A program made the translations under genes and the position numbers. A DNA stretch of 64,000 nucleotides, taken from the NCBI GenBank assembly GCA_013239625.1, contig MU056216.1:1962025-2026024 (forward strand), read 5' to 3'. The DNA is from Lama guanicoe. Taxonomy: Eukaryota. The notes beneath the pieces were generated by a model. That model was not told the DNA's origin. It saw only the letters and a list, made by a program, of their open reading frames with translations, and did not search any database. Shown one piece after another: positions 1 to 11,374 of the stretch. Each line of letters begins with the position of its first letter. Positions within the stretch are counted from its first letter, which is position 1.

Positions 1-574
1 TACCAAGGACAGAGCACAATCAGTTCTCTCTTCCTGCACCAGGCTTCCTCATTTCAATTATCATTGATTTGTTAGCTTACCTCAAAGGCAGGAAATCTTG
101 GTCCATTCCACTTTCTATTCTAAAACCAGTAGTATATGTTTTAATATAAAAATAAATATTGAAGTGCTTCAGGAAAATAGAGATTAAATACTATAATGAA
201 TGCTGAGAATAATTTTCAGCTGGCCCAACTCCCACCATTTGGGAGGTCATGTTGGACAAAGATCATGGTTACTTTCCTTCTGGAATACTGACCACTAAGT
301 AGAGATTATTGTAATATGAGAAATATCTTACTGTTAAAGATCAATGACCTGCCCATCCAAATCTTCAGTAGCCAATAATAGTAATCAAAGATACTTTGAG
401 AAATAGTTTAATAGTTACTCTCCATGACAGAGGTCTTGACTTCCCTCAAATAACAATTCTCTTCAATTATTCCAGTCAAGGACCACATTTCCAGGCTCTT
501 TCCTTCCCATTCCATCTGGAATTCCAACTCCAGATTAATTCTCCTAAAAGACTGTTCTGATTATGATGTTTACT

Positions 575-705
575 TAGCATGGTAACAAAGAGCACAGATC
601 TAGAAATCAGATCACCTGATGTCAAATCTTGGATTTGCCAATTTACTGTTTAATCTGTCTATGCCTCATTTTTTTCATCCGTGACATGGAGTTTGTAGGA
701 TGCTT
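575..705 (+). mobile_element. MIR SINE fragment
   Basis: 'agagcacagatctagaaatcagatcacctgatgtcaaatcttgg...tgcctcattttttcatccgtga' resembles the MIR 5' part and core. Confidence 0.65.
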
Positions 706-754
706 GCACAACTTTTATTTTAACTTTGTGTTAAAAATGAGTGTGTAAGAAAAC

Positions 755-1530
755 AGAGCATTCATGGCTAAGAGCGTGGGCTCTGGAGTCAGAACTGGGA
801 TAAAACCCTGGTTCTGCTATTGAACCATCTACAACACTACACCAGTTATCTAATGCTGTGTAACAAATCACTCCCAAACTGTCTGCCTTACAATAGTAAT
901 AATCATTTTGATCTTTCACAGTTTCTGTAGGTCAGAAATTTGGGAGCTCTCTGACTTGATGGTTCTGGCACAAGGTCTCTCATGAGGTTGCAGTCAGCTG
1001 AAGGCTAGACTGGGGATGGGAAATCTGCTGCCATGGTACCTCACGCACATGGCAAGATGGTATAGGCTGCAGGCAGGGAGACTCAGTTTCCTTCCCTGTG
1101 GGCTCCTCAGGCTGCTTGAGTGTTCTGATGACATGGCAACTGGCTTATCCTAGAGTGGGTGATCCGAGAGAGCAAGGCAGAGACCACAATGCCTTTATGA
1201 TCTTGCCTTAGAAGTGACATACTATCACATCTGCCATTTTCTACTGGTCACACTGGTCAGCCTTGACCCAGTGTGAGAGGGGACTACATAAGGATACTAA
1301 CACCAGGAGGTAGGATCACTGGCAGCTATCTTGGAAAATGACTACCATGAAGACATTGACTAAGGTTATTTTTTTAGTTCTTTAAACCTTGTTCTTCTTA
1401 TGTGCCTATTGTACAATATATTAGACAACAATAATGTAACTACTTCATAGGATTGTTATGAGAATTAGATGAGATGATACATGTAAAGTACTTAGTACAT
1501 AATAAACTTTTTCAAAAAATATTACTTAGT
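755..1530 (+). mobile_element. MIR SINE split by an MLT1 LTR (MIR pieces ~755-825 and ~1350-1530)
   Basis: 5' part 'ggctaagagcgtgggctctggagtcaga...'; 3' part 'cttcataggattgttatgagaattagatgagatgatacatgtaaagtacttag'. Confidence 0.75.
838..1349 (-). mobile_element. MaLR solo LTR, MLT1F-like
   Basis: 'cagttatctaatgctgtgtaacaaatcactccc...ggtctctcatgaggttgcagtc...cagctatcttggaaaatgactacca' follows the reverse complement of MLT1F. Confidence 0.8.
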
Positions 1531-2084
1531 ACCATTACAATTCAGTAAAAGTCAAAATATTCCAGGAGCTGTCATGAGGAAGAAGGTGTTATTCTCGGAA
1601 GCAGACAGAGCTATAAACTCCCTTCTTTCTCCCCACATTCTTTCTTCTTCCAGTGGACTCCATTTTATCTCATATATATTAAGTTTCTTCATAAGATTTT
1701 TACTTGAAGAAAGTATTTCTTAGCTTGAAAAAAAGGTAGGTAAACCCTGCTGTAAGTCATTATTTATCTTAAATATTAGGAATTTTTAGGGTAGATAATT
1801 ATGCATAAATATCTATATGTATATAGGATATACAAATACATATATAAATATATGTGTATAGACAGGCTGATATAATTTCCATATAGATAGTATTATCTAG
1901 CTAAAAGATATATAATGTGACTGAAAAGCAGAGAATATCAGATTGAAAAGCCCATAAGAGACCACCAAGTCCAGTGTTAAAAACCTTAAATTAATCCACT
2001 CATTTTCCACAGTAATCCCACGGAGGTGCTGACATTTATTGTTTGCTGGATAAATGGATTGAGTGAACTCTGCTACATCCCAAA

Positions 2085-2450
2085 GGATCCATTCACTATG
2101 GTATTTATTCAAGCATCTATTTTGTGAATGCACTGTCCTCATTGCTGGGTATATAGCACCAAACAAGATGGATAGAGTCCCATCTTCCATAAAACTTACA
2201 TTTTAATCAAGGAGAAAACATAGACTAAACACATAAATAAACACCATAATTTTAGGCAGTGATAAATGCTATGGTGATCATGAAACACAGCAATGTGGTA
2301 AAGTAACTGGGGAGTAGGAGGACTGATTTAACCAAGTAGTCAAGGGAATCTCCCACAAGGAGGTGATATCTGAGCTGAGATATGAACAATGAGAAGGAAC
2401 CAGCCATATCAAGAACTGAAAGAAGAATTCATAGACTTGTGCTAACATGG
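2085..2450 (-). mobile_element. L2 LINE 3' fragment
   Basis: Typical antisense L2 text 'atttattcaagcatcta...aacaagatggatagagtccc...gaggtgatatctgagctgagatatgaa'. Confidence 0.7.
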
Positions 2451-3339
2451 CACCTTGGGAAGACTGAGCCACCAGACAACCTCATCCCAAGGGAAGTCTC
2501 ACTGTCCATTAAAGTCTTTGAATGAGGTTTGAAGGATACCCAGGATAGACCTGTGTGTCTTTGATTATTCATCTGCATAAGGACATTCGGCCTAAGTTGC
2601 TGACCAGAGCTAATCTTTTAAAAAAAAAAAGTCAATCAAATTGCCAATAGATGGTGTGGCTGAAACTAATATCCTCAAGTTGAAAATTAGGTCTGAATCT
2701 GGGCCACTCTGAAAATATCCTAGATGATATGGAAGATCAAATAAAGCCTGTGAAAACAGAAGACCAATGTATAGAACAGTAACATATATAATACTGTCTA
2801 CTTTCCCCAAACTTTTCAACCACTTTTTTTCACCACTGATGAACCTAGGTGAGGGGGTGGGGAGACAAGAATCCAAAAGAAATAAATGAGATCCAAAAGT
2901 CTTAAGGAAAAAAGGGTGGGTTATGAGATAAAATCAAACCATGATGGAGTCAGAAGAAACCCTAGAGATGGTCTTGTCCAATCTCCTCATGTTATATATA
3001 AGCAAATCAAAGCTCAAAGAAATTAAGCAACTTCCCAAAAGTACATTGTCAATGGCTGTATACAGCCCTCTCACAAGCCAGTGGAAGTATAGAGGGAACC
3101 TTGCTTCTCACACAGCCTCAGCTTTGTATAGGGTGGGCAGAGGCCTCTCCATTCCAAGTTCAGGGAATGCTCTGCCCCCAGATCCCCTTCCAAGCTGATA
3201 AGATGTCTTAATATACAAGAATCCCCTTCTGAAACTTCTTGTCCCTGGAATAGCCGTAATGATAGATTCCTTTTACCAAGTTATTTTTCATCAATTCTTC
3301 TCTTGCTCATTTCTTCCCTATCTTCCTTTTCCTTTCTTC

Positions 3340-4160
3340 TTTCCCCAAATATCTATTGAGTGCTGGTGAACAAGATGGATACAATCCCTATTTTAAGGAG
3401 CTAAGGTTGTAGGAAGGAAATAAACAATTACGCAAGTCTTCAGAATACACTTTGATAAGTGCTATAGTAGGGGCAGTACCTGACATTATGGAACTGCTGA
3501 GCAGGGGCTCCTAACCTGAGGTATGGGGGGAAACCTAACATCCCATACAGACTCAGCTTCATGTAGGGTGAGCAAGGACCTCTCCATCCTAACCTGGGCC
3601 AGAGGGTGGTGGGAATAAGGGAAGGCTCCCAAAGGAAATGGCATTTAAGTAGAAGAAAGGGATGTGATATAGCCACAGCATTCCAGCCAAACAGAAACAC
3701 CTTTTGAAAGGCCAAGTGGAAAGCAAGTCCATGGCACATCTCAGGGACTAAAAGAAGCTCAGTGAGGTTGCAATATAAGAGATAAGAGGGCAAGTGGCAG
3801 GAGGTGAGAGGTCTAGACAGAAAGATATCAGTAGTATGGGGAAAGCGAGGATAGAGAGATAGTTTGCAGACAGCATTGACAGGACATGGTGATGAACTGA
3901 AAACGGAGTGAAGCGTAAGATGAAGTCAGGGATGCTGTCTAAATTTTTGCCTTATGGGATTAGCTGGAAACCTAAGAACCCTGCCGGAAGAGCAATGTTT
4001 TGTTTTTTTGGGGTGGAGGTGGAGATAAGTTTGGTTTTGGACAAATTAATTTGAGTTGTCCATGAAACACCTACATAGTGTCTGAGAGGCAATCAAGCAT
4101 AAGGACAAAGAGCTTAGGAGAGTGATCCCAGCTGAAATGTAGATTTGTGAGTCATCAGCA
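3340..4160 (-). mobile_element. L2 LINE fragment
   Basis: 'caaatatctattgagtgc...gtttggttttggacaaattaatttgag...gtagatttgtgagtcatcagcata'. Confidence 0.7.
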
Positions 4161-5099
4161 TATTACTTCCTGCTTTTAGATGATGAATCTGAGACATAGA
4201 AATGTGAAGTAACATGCTCTGGGTCATACCAAGAGATGCAGAGCAAAGATTTAAACCCTCTTTCCATAGGGACTTGCAGCTGAAATGATGTGCTTTGATT
4301 AGGAGTGACAGGGAGATGTTGCAGCAGAACCATGCTCTTTAATTTCCATTGCATAGTTCCATTTCTAGAAAATATAGAGAAATATAACTGTGTCTTAATT
4401 ATATGGCTATATACATTCTGCAGCTTGTGCAGCCACCAAATTACCTACTGACAAGCAACCAGCTACTTACCCTTGTCCTTTGGATAAGTTTTCCACAAGA
4501 AGTATCTGTTAAACTGAGAGAAATCTAGTAATATCTTCTGAAAGTTCCCTTCCTCCCTCCTGTAATCTACCCTAAAAGAATGCAAGCTGTCAGGTGTGCC
4601 CTCCTTATACAGCTACCTTGGGCCCCCTGACTGTTTTCTGTGCTCCCCAGGGAGTGTGTGTGGGAGGAAGCGGCAGGCATCAGTAGGTCAACTCCATCGA
4701 GACTGGGAGCCCAACCAGTCATTCGTGCAGCCCTAAAATGGAAGCTGAGCAAGTGGGTTAAATGCTTTAAAATAACTCTACATTGAATATCAGTGACCAG
4801 AAGAGATCTAGGGGTGAATAATCATTCCAGCTGCCTTATCTGATGGTCTTCAGAACAAAATGGAAAACAATGGAAGATGCACAGATGTCAATTAAAACTC
4901 TAGAGGTACCACCAAGAGCTTTCCTGGTATGGTGAGGTCGATTCACTTTTCAGCCTTCTTTTGATCAGCAAGCATTTCCTGAGCCTGCCCCTCTCTCCCT
5001 ACAGTTCTTTTTGGTTATGTATTTTCTGTTTCTCTTCCTCAAGCCTAATGAGCTTTCCCCAGGTCTCTCAGTATTAATTTATGGCTCAAAGAGTAGGAA

Positions 5100-6560
5100 A
5101 TTTAACACTATTAACCCCTCTGTTCCTCCTACAATTCTCAGTACCTCTGCTTTCCCAGATGTCACATTCCTCTCATTTATTCCCCCCCTCTCTGATAGCT
5201 TCTTCTCCGCCCCTGTCATTGACAACATTTCTTCTTTATGCCCTTTGAATCATACATTTCCTAAGGGTCTCACTCTGGGCCTATCTTCTAAAATCCTTAC
5301 TCTGATTTCCTTGGTGATCTCATCAACTCTCCCCTTTTCCCAGCTTTCACTATTTGGAGGTGACTTCCAAATCCACATCTCCAGCCCTGAACTTCAAGTC
5401 ATATATTTTCAAATCCCTGGTAAATATTTCTCCTTGGAAGTCCTATTAGCCCCTCTAACTCACGTGCTTTTGTTGGCTTCTCTGTTCTTGATAATAGGCC
5501 AACAGCCTCCTACCCACCCAGGCTTGAAAACTTGGAGTCATGACTCCATTTCCTTTCATCTTCTTCATCTCCTCAGCCCACTATCTAGAGGATAAAGCCC
5601 AAACTCTTTACTTAGTATTCACAGCTCTAGACAATCTAGCCGCAACCTATCTTTCTATCTTTTCTAGCTTCTAGCTCACATTTTTCTCCTCCCACATACC
5701 TTAATCCTTTCCTCATGCTGTTCCACCTTCACTGTGTCCTGGGTTATATCACTCCCGTATCTTTCATTTCCATCTTTTCCCTCACCTTAAGGGCCATTTC
5801 TCATCTTTAACTGTTGATCTAGAGCTCGTTCTCAAACCCATCTCAAGGATCATATTCCCAGAATATAGTGTTTGCTCCAGTGTCCACCCACCTGGGAGAG
5901 ACCAGCTGTCCTTGACATACAGATGCTCTCTTTCACTCTCTGTATTTAGTCCACCACTAATCCCCCAAATTGTACTTTCTCAATATCTCTTGTATATATC
6001 CATTTTTCTTTATCTCCACTATAAGACCTTTGCCCAAGTTAGCACCATTTTTTCACTTGGGCTACCAATGTGGTCTTCTTAGCTGACCTCCTGGGTCTCC
6101 AGGTTGTGCCTCACAATACACATAGAATGGTTTTCCTGAACACAAATCCAGTCAGACCTCCCCTTCCATGCCTTTCCATGGTGCCCAAGGTGCAGGCCCT
6201 TGTGATCTTCACTCTGTCTGCACCTATAGCTGCCTGGCTTTTTTCAATCTGTACCACACCCTCTCCTATAATGCAGCCCTTCTACCTTCCAGTCCCTCTG
6301 CCTAAAATTCTCTTCCCTTTTGAGCTTGCTCTCATACATTAAGAACCCATCTCAAGGCCTTCAGAAAAGTCTTCCCTGCCTGTATGTGAACTTTCCCCTT
6401 GTGGTGCTTTTAACAATTTATTATTTCTGTTATCTGGTCGTGGCCTGCCTCCACGCCAAGATGCTCACCATTGTATCTGTTTTCATCCCAAACTTCCAAC
6501 AATGCCTGAATACAGTAGGAGATACTCAATGGACACTTGCTCACTGAATGAGTTAGTTGT
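5100..6560 (+). mobile_element. L2 LINE fragments (decayed RT region and 3' end)
   Basis: ORF 5011..5595 contains 'LFGGDFQIHISSPEL', resembling L2 RT 'LYADDSQIYISSPDL' with the YADD motif destroyed; L2 tail 'tactcaatggacacttgctcactgaatga' near 6550. Confidence 0.7.
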
Positions 6561-8717
6561 TTCCCTCTCCCCTCAGATTTCCTAATTTTAAAAGGAAATC
6601 CCTACTTTGCACCTATTTCTCTCTGGTAATATTGACTATGGTTTTCAGAAAATGAAGGTGAGAAATTAAATTTTAATTCGCCTTGCTTAACAGGCCTTAT
6701 GTGTGTAACAGCCATAGTTCCATGCTACCAGATTGTTAAAACAATGGTTAAAGAATACAAAAGCTGGCAACAAGAGAGAAAATACAGGTGGGTCTGAATG
6801 AGGCTAAGGTTGAGGGTTTTGACTCCAGAGTAGACAAAAGTAATTTATACATCTTTCCTTCACCCCTCACACCACCAGGCTTCAAAACTGGAACCAAACT
6901 AGGCACTAATAAATGTGATGTTCACAGGTTATAATGAAAATTTCTAAAAGTGCTTTCCCCCACCCCAGTCAACTAATTTATTTTAAAACTCTTACTGAAA
7001 GTGACTTACACTAGGTTTTAAAACTAAAAACTTTCCAAATCTGTTTACCTCTGATGTTTCTGTGAAAGCCAAAGATGAGAGTGAGAGCAACACTGACTTG
7101 GGGAAAACATTCAAAGCAAATACAAATGCATTATCTGTCCTCACATCTGGCTCTAATGAGGTACATGCTCAAAAATCTGCTTGTAAACATTCCTGCTCAA
7201 CTGTCTTGAATTCCACTGATAAGAACTGAGAGGACAAGATGTGGTAAAGAGGTACAGAGAAACGGAAATAACATCAGACTGGGTGACAGAAAACTGGGAT
7301 TCCTGCCTTCACCTCCACAGCTCACTAGTCATTTGACAAAGCATTTAATCCCTCTGTGTTTCAGGAACCAGAAAATGGCGATGATGGAGTTTTGGTTCAG
7401 GAGGGCAGACAATGTAGATGCGCTGACCTCAGTCTCCTCCCAGACATTCCATAGATCAGCAATAAAGATGTACGAGAGGGGACACAACTAGAACTGAAGA
7501 CTTTGAAATGACTCATGTTGGGAGAGGAAGTCATGGCCCAGGACCCCCACAGGAGATTGAAACAGAGACAGGAGTGAGAGTCATTCCTCCCCTAAAAGAC
7601 CAGGAGAGGCTCCACACCGAGAGGGAGCAGGTGTGAGAGCAAAAGTGACCTGAGGATGACAATAAGCATGATTCACTAAACATCCACTATTGAAACAGAC
7701 GTTTTCTCCCTCTCCATGAAACCCACACACCCAGAGAGACTAGCAGAGACTGTCATACCAGGTCCTTACAATAATAATCTAGTACTTTATTCATAAATAT
7801 AAATGGAAAGACAAAGATGTCTCATATTTAAGGGGAAAAAAAATCCAGCCCCAAAGAGGGGAACCAAAATGAAGGTACAGTTGTAAAAACCTCCCAGAAA
7901 GTAGAGCATAACTTCAAAAAAGGGGAGGGGGAAGACTGAGAGAAATACAGAAGATAAATCTAGGAGAGCCATTGTGCATCTAATAGGAATTCCAGAAAAA
8001 GAATAGAGGAAAAAAAGGAGGTTTAACAATCAAAGAAACAATTCAAGATAATTTCCCAGAGCTGGAGAAAGACTGAAGTTGTCAGATTGAAAAAGTCCAT
8101 TGAGTGTCCAAACAGATGGAATCTCAGAAAACCCAAAGGGAAAAAAAAATGCTAAAAACTTCAGGGACAAATAATAGATTTCTTACCTATCCCTCATGCA
8201 CCTCCCTCCCCTCACCAAAGAATCAGATTGACATTGGAATTTTCTGCTGAAAAATCTTAGAAACTAGAATATAATGCAGAATTGCCTTTAAAAGAATGAA
8301 GGGAAATTATTTTGAAACAAGAATTATATGTTGGGCCAAACTGTCAATCATAAAATTAGTGAAAACAGATTTTCAGACTTGTTATGACTCATAAAATTAG
8401 CCCCCTGTCCAACTTTTGTGACAACTGCCTTAAATTTTATTGCATGTTGTTAACACAAAAAGGAACCCAAAAAAGAGACATATGATACAAATATTAGGGG
8501 CTCTAATCCAAAAGTGAGATAATCAAAGAAATTTCAATATTTTAGGTGCACAATAAATCTAGAGAGCAAGTTTCATCAGGAAGTCAGAGGATTTGAAGAA
8601 AAATGTATTCAAAAAAGAAAGTGGTTTCCTTTAAAAAAGGAAAAAAGGTAAAAAAAACAACAACAACTATATAATCATTAGTGATTTGATGAAGACTTGT
8701 AATCTTCTATCAACAAG

Positions 8718-9510
8718 TGTCTTAGGTTGGGTTTCCTGGCTGTCTTCCTCAGCTTGGGCTGCTATTACAAAATATCATAGACTGGGTGACAAACAACAGA
8801 CACTTATCCCTTACAGTTCTGGAGCCTGGGAAGTTTGAGATTGAGGTGCCAGCAGATTTGGTGTCTGGTGAGAGCCCTCTTCCTGGCATGCAGACAGAAG
8901 ACTTCTTGCTATGTGCTCACATGCCTTTCTTGGTGTATTTTCATGGAGAGAGAGGAAGGACTCTGGTCTTTTCCTCTTCTTAAAAGGACACTAATACCCT
9001 CATGAGGGCTCCAAACTCATGACCTCATCTAAACCTAATTACCTCCCAAAGGCCCTGCCTCCTAATACCATCACACTGGGGGTTAGGACTTCAAAATAGA
9101 ATTCTAGAGAGGGAAAACCTTTAGCTGATAATACTAGTGGAGCCTAAGATGAAGATTCTTTTATAAGTGATTTATTAAGAAAGTGCTCTTGGGGGAAAGG
9201 GGATGAGGGAAACTATAAAGAGCAAGAAAAAAGCTAAGCAAGAATGTGGCTCTGCTGAGTATGAGCTGTACACTGACTCCATAGGGAAAAGGGGAACACA
9301 AATTGCACCAGACAATGGGTCCCATCTTGAGGCAAGCTGGTCGGCTGACCCCTGCATCAGTCATTCAGCCACAGGCCTGTGTGGGAATGGGTAACTTCCC
9401 CAGAAAAGCAGCTTCCACTAGGCCCAGGGCAATTCTCTGGAAAAGTGGCCAGCTGTGAGCTATTAGACGTTAACACTCATTACAGCTGAGACATGGCTGT
9501 ACAGTGAATC
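8718..9510 (-). mobile_element. ERVL solo LTR, LTR16-like, split by MLT1A (pieces 8718-8740 and 9139-~9510)
   Basis: Starts 'tgtcttaggttgggtttcc'; resumes 'gagcctaagatgaagattc...aagtgatttattaagaaagtgctc' through 'cagctgtgagctattag...aacactc...cagctg'. Confidence 0.65.
8741..9133 (-). mobile_element. MaLR solo LTR, MLT1A/MLT1A0-like
   Basis: 'gggctgctattacaaaatatcatagactgggtg...catgacctcatctaaacctaattacctcccaaaggccc'; degenerate 5-bp TSD ctggc / ctagt. Confidence 0.85.
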
Positions 9511-9910
9511 AATGGCATAGGGAAAGAGTTAGGCAATTTAAAGTTTCAGGAAAAACAAAAAGCTGTATAAAAAAGCCATAGATCCAAATGTGATGCAAAT
9601 TGGAGCCTGACAGTCTAATTTTGGACAAGCAATATTATCTAAGACTCATTTGACTTTGATGCTTGAAACATTCTCCTTTAAATTATATAGGTTTAGTAAC
9701 AAGACTACATTTTCTACTTTGTGGAACTAATCACTAATTAGACCTGGAGTATATCATACTTTCATAATCATATTAACATGAATATTGTTTTATTTTTTAA
9801 TCAACCTATAAACAAAGCATGTAAGACTTATAGTTACAGGATAGAAGGTTAAAATTTTAAACCTTAACAGTATTAAACTAATGGTAGAGCTGACAGAAGT
9901 TAGGAATAGG

Positions 9911-10025
9911 GGGAAGGTATAGCTCAAGTGGTAGAGCATATGATTATCATGCATAAGGTCCTGGGTTCAATCCCCAGTACCTCCTCCATAAATAAATAAA
10001 TAACTGCACCCCCCTAAAAGAAAAA
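9911..10025 (+). mobile_element. tRNA-derived SINE, Vic-1-like (camelid)
   Basis: A box 'tagctcaagtgg', B box 'ggttcaatcc', (AAAT)n and A tail; perfect 16-bp TSD agaagttaggaatagg at 9895-9910 and 10026-10041. Confidence 0.9.
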
Positions 10026-10919
10026 AGAAGTTAGGAATAGGAGAACAGATGAGTTGAAGGAAAGCATAAGAGTAAAAATTCTTCATCTGCCACAAATGGA
10101 GTTAATACATATATATTTTATTTTTTTCTTTTTCATATGTATTTTCTAAAGTTGAGATATGAAGAAATATAGATATAAGCACAATGTTATTTAATATTAT
10201 AAAGATACGTAATGAAAGAACTAAAAATAAATATATAACTAACAAAAATTTGAAGGAAAGAGGAAGGTAATACAAATAAGATATATTTCTCAATTTCACA
10301 GAAAGGAATCAATTTAGATTCTACCTAAGGCTGATAAATCAAGAAATGACCAGACATGATTATTTGGAGTTACAGAGATAAATACCAGAAGTGAAAAGAG
10401 AAACAATTGAAAATGGTTGTCCAAGAAGTGGTGTGGAAAAGGATAAAGAAGCAGTAATTTTCTTAATTTTGTAACTGTCTGTATTGCTGGGGGGGGGTTC
10501 TCTGTCCTCCACATGTATTGCTTCTGTAGCACTAATAAAAATGGCAGTAGGAATACTTTCCAGCCTATCATATTAAGCAACTAAAAGGGTTAATTAGGAT
10601 AAAGTATAAGAAGGCACTTGGAAAGCTCTTAAGCGCTACAACAGACATGAAGTATTATTAAGAGGGCAGTCTTAGGCACTTCCAGATTGGGAAAGGAACT
10701 GTAGCGCTTTCCTTGATCAAGTCCTATTTTTAAAGTGCCAAGGTCCAAATTAAAAAGGAAGCTGTCTCTAAAATGCTGACTGTAAAATATCTGAAAGACT
10801 AAATGTGCTGAGAGAAAGTATTTGGAAGAATGACAAGAAGAAAATTTAAATAGCAAGTGTTGAGATAGAACTATTGGGTTTCCATCAAGTTCTTTCTCTA
10901 AACCAGAAACACCATGATC

Positions 10920-11105
10920 AATAGTCCTGTTAGGGCTTTGAAATAAAATTGTTGGTTCATGTGTCTATCTCCTTTGTACAAAAAGGAATTTCTCAAAACA
11001 AGAAACCATGTCTTAAAACACTTCGTTAAATCTCTATTGCCTGTCTTGGGGCCTCCTAGCACTTAGTAGGTGCTCAGTGAGGGTTTGCTAAATGCATACA
11101 TGGAT
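10920..11105 (+). mobile_element. L2 3' end
   Basis: 'cctagcacttagtaggtgctcagtgagggtttgctaaatgcat'. Confidence 0.6.
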
Positions 11106-11189
11106 GAAAGAACATAGAAAATAAGGCCTTTTTATTCTCTAAAGCATACTCTTCGTTTGTCTATGATGAGGAGGACATACTATTCAGAT

Positions 11190-11328
11190 ATTTGTTGGGT
11201 ACCTGATCTCTCAGAGACTCATCTGAAAAATGAAAATAATGGTATCTACCTCAGAAAAGTTGTCATAATGATTTGCTGAAAATAATGCATGCAAAGCTCT
11301 GGGCACATAGTGAATTTTCATTAAACAG

Positions 11329-11335
<7 letters not shown>
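11190..11335 (+). mobile_element. MIR 3' half
   Basis: 'ctcatctgaaaaatgaaaataatggtatctacctcag...aataatgcatgcaaagctctgggcacatagt'. Confidence 0.7.

Positions 11336-11373
<38 letters not shown>
11332..11373. repeat. (ATT)14 microsatellite
   Basis: 14 perfect ATT units counted directly, at the MIR tail. Confidence 0.95.

Positions 11374-11374
<1 letters not shown>

Larger units (their letters stand above)
7360..10560 (+). mobile_element. HAL1 (half-L1) or ancient L1 ORF1-type element, interrupted by two LTRs and a SINE
   Basis: ORF1-like fossil 'ctaataggaattccagaaaaagaa...aatttcccagagctg...cagattgaaaaagtccattgagtg' at 7960-8420 and 'ctagagagcaag' at ~8560; A-rich continuation at 9520-9900 and 10040-10560. 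Confidence 0.6.

Noticed and set aside
5011-5595. Longest ORF (194 aa)
   Set aside because: Non-ATG start, L/S/F-rich, and lies in an L2 fossil with a destroyed YADD motif; no gene structure.
9911-10025. tRNA-like A/B boxes (also at 16.0, 33.3, 55.2 and 58.6 kb)
   Set aside because: They have SINE bodies, A-rich tails and TSDs, so they are SINEs and not tRNA genes.
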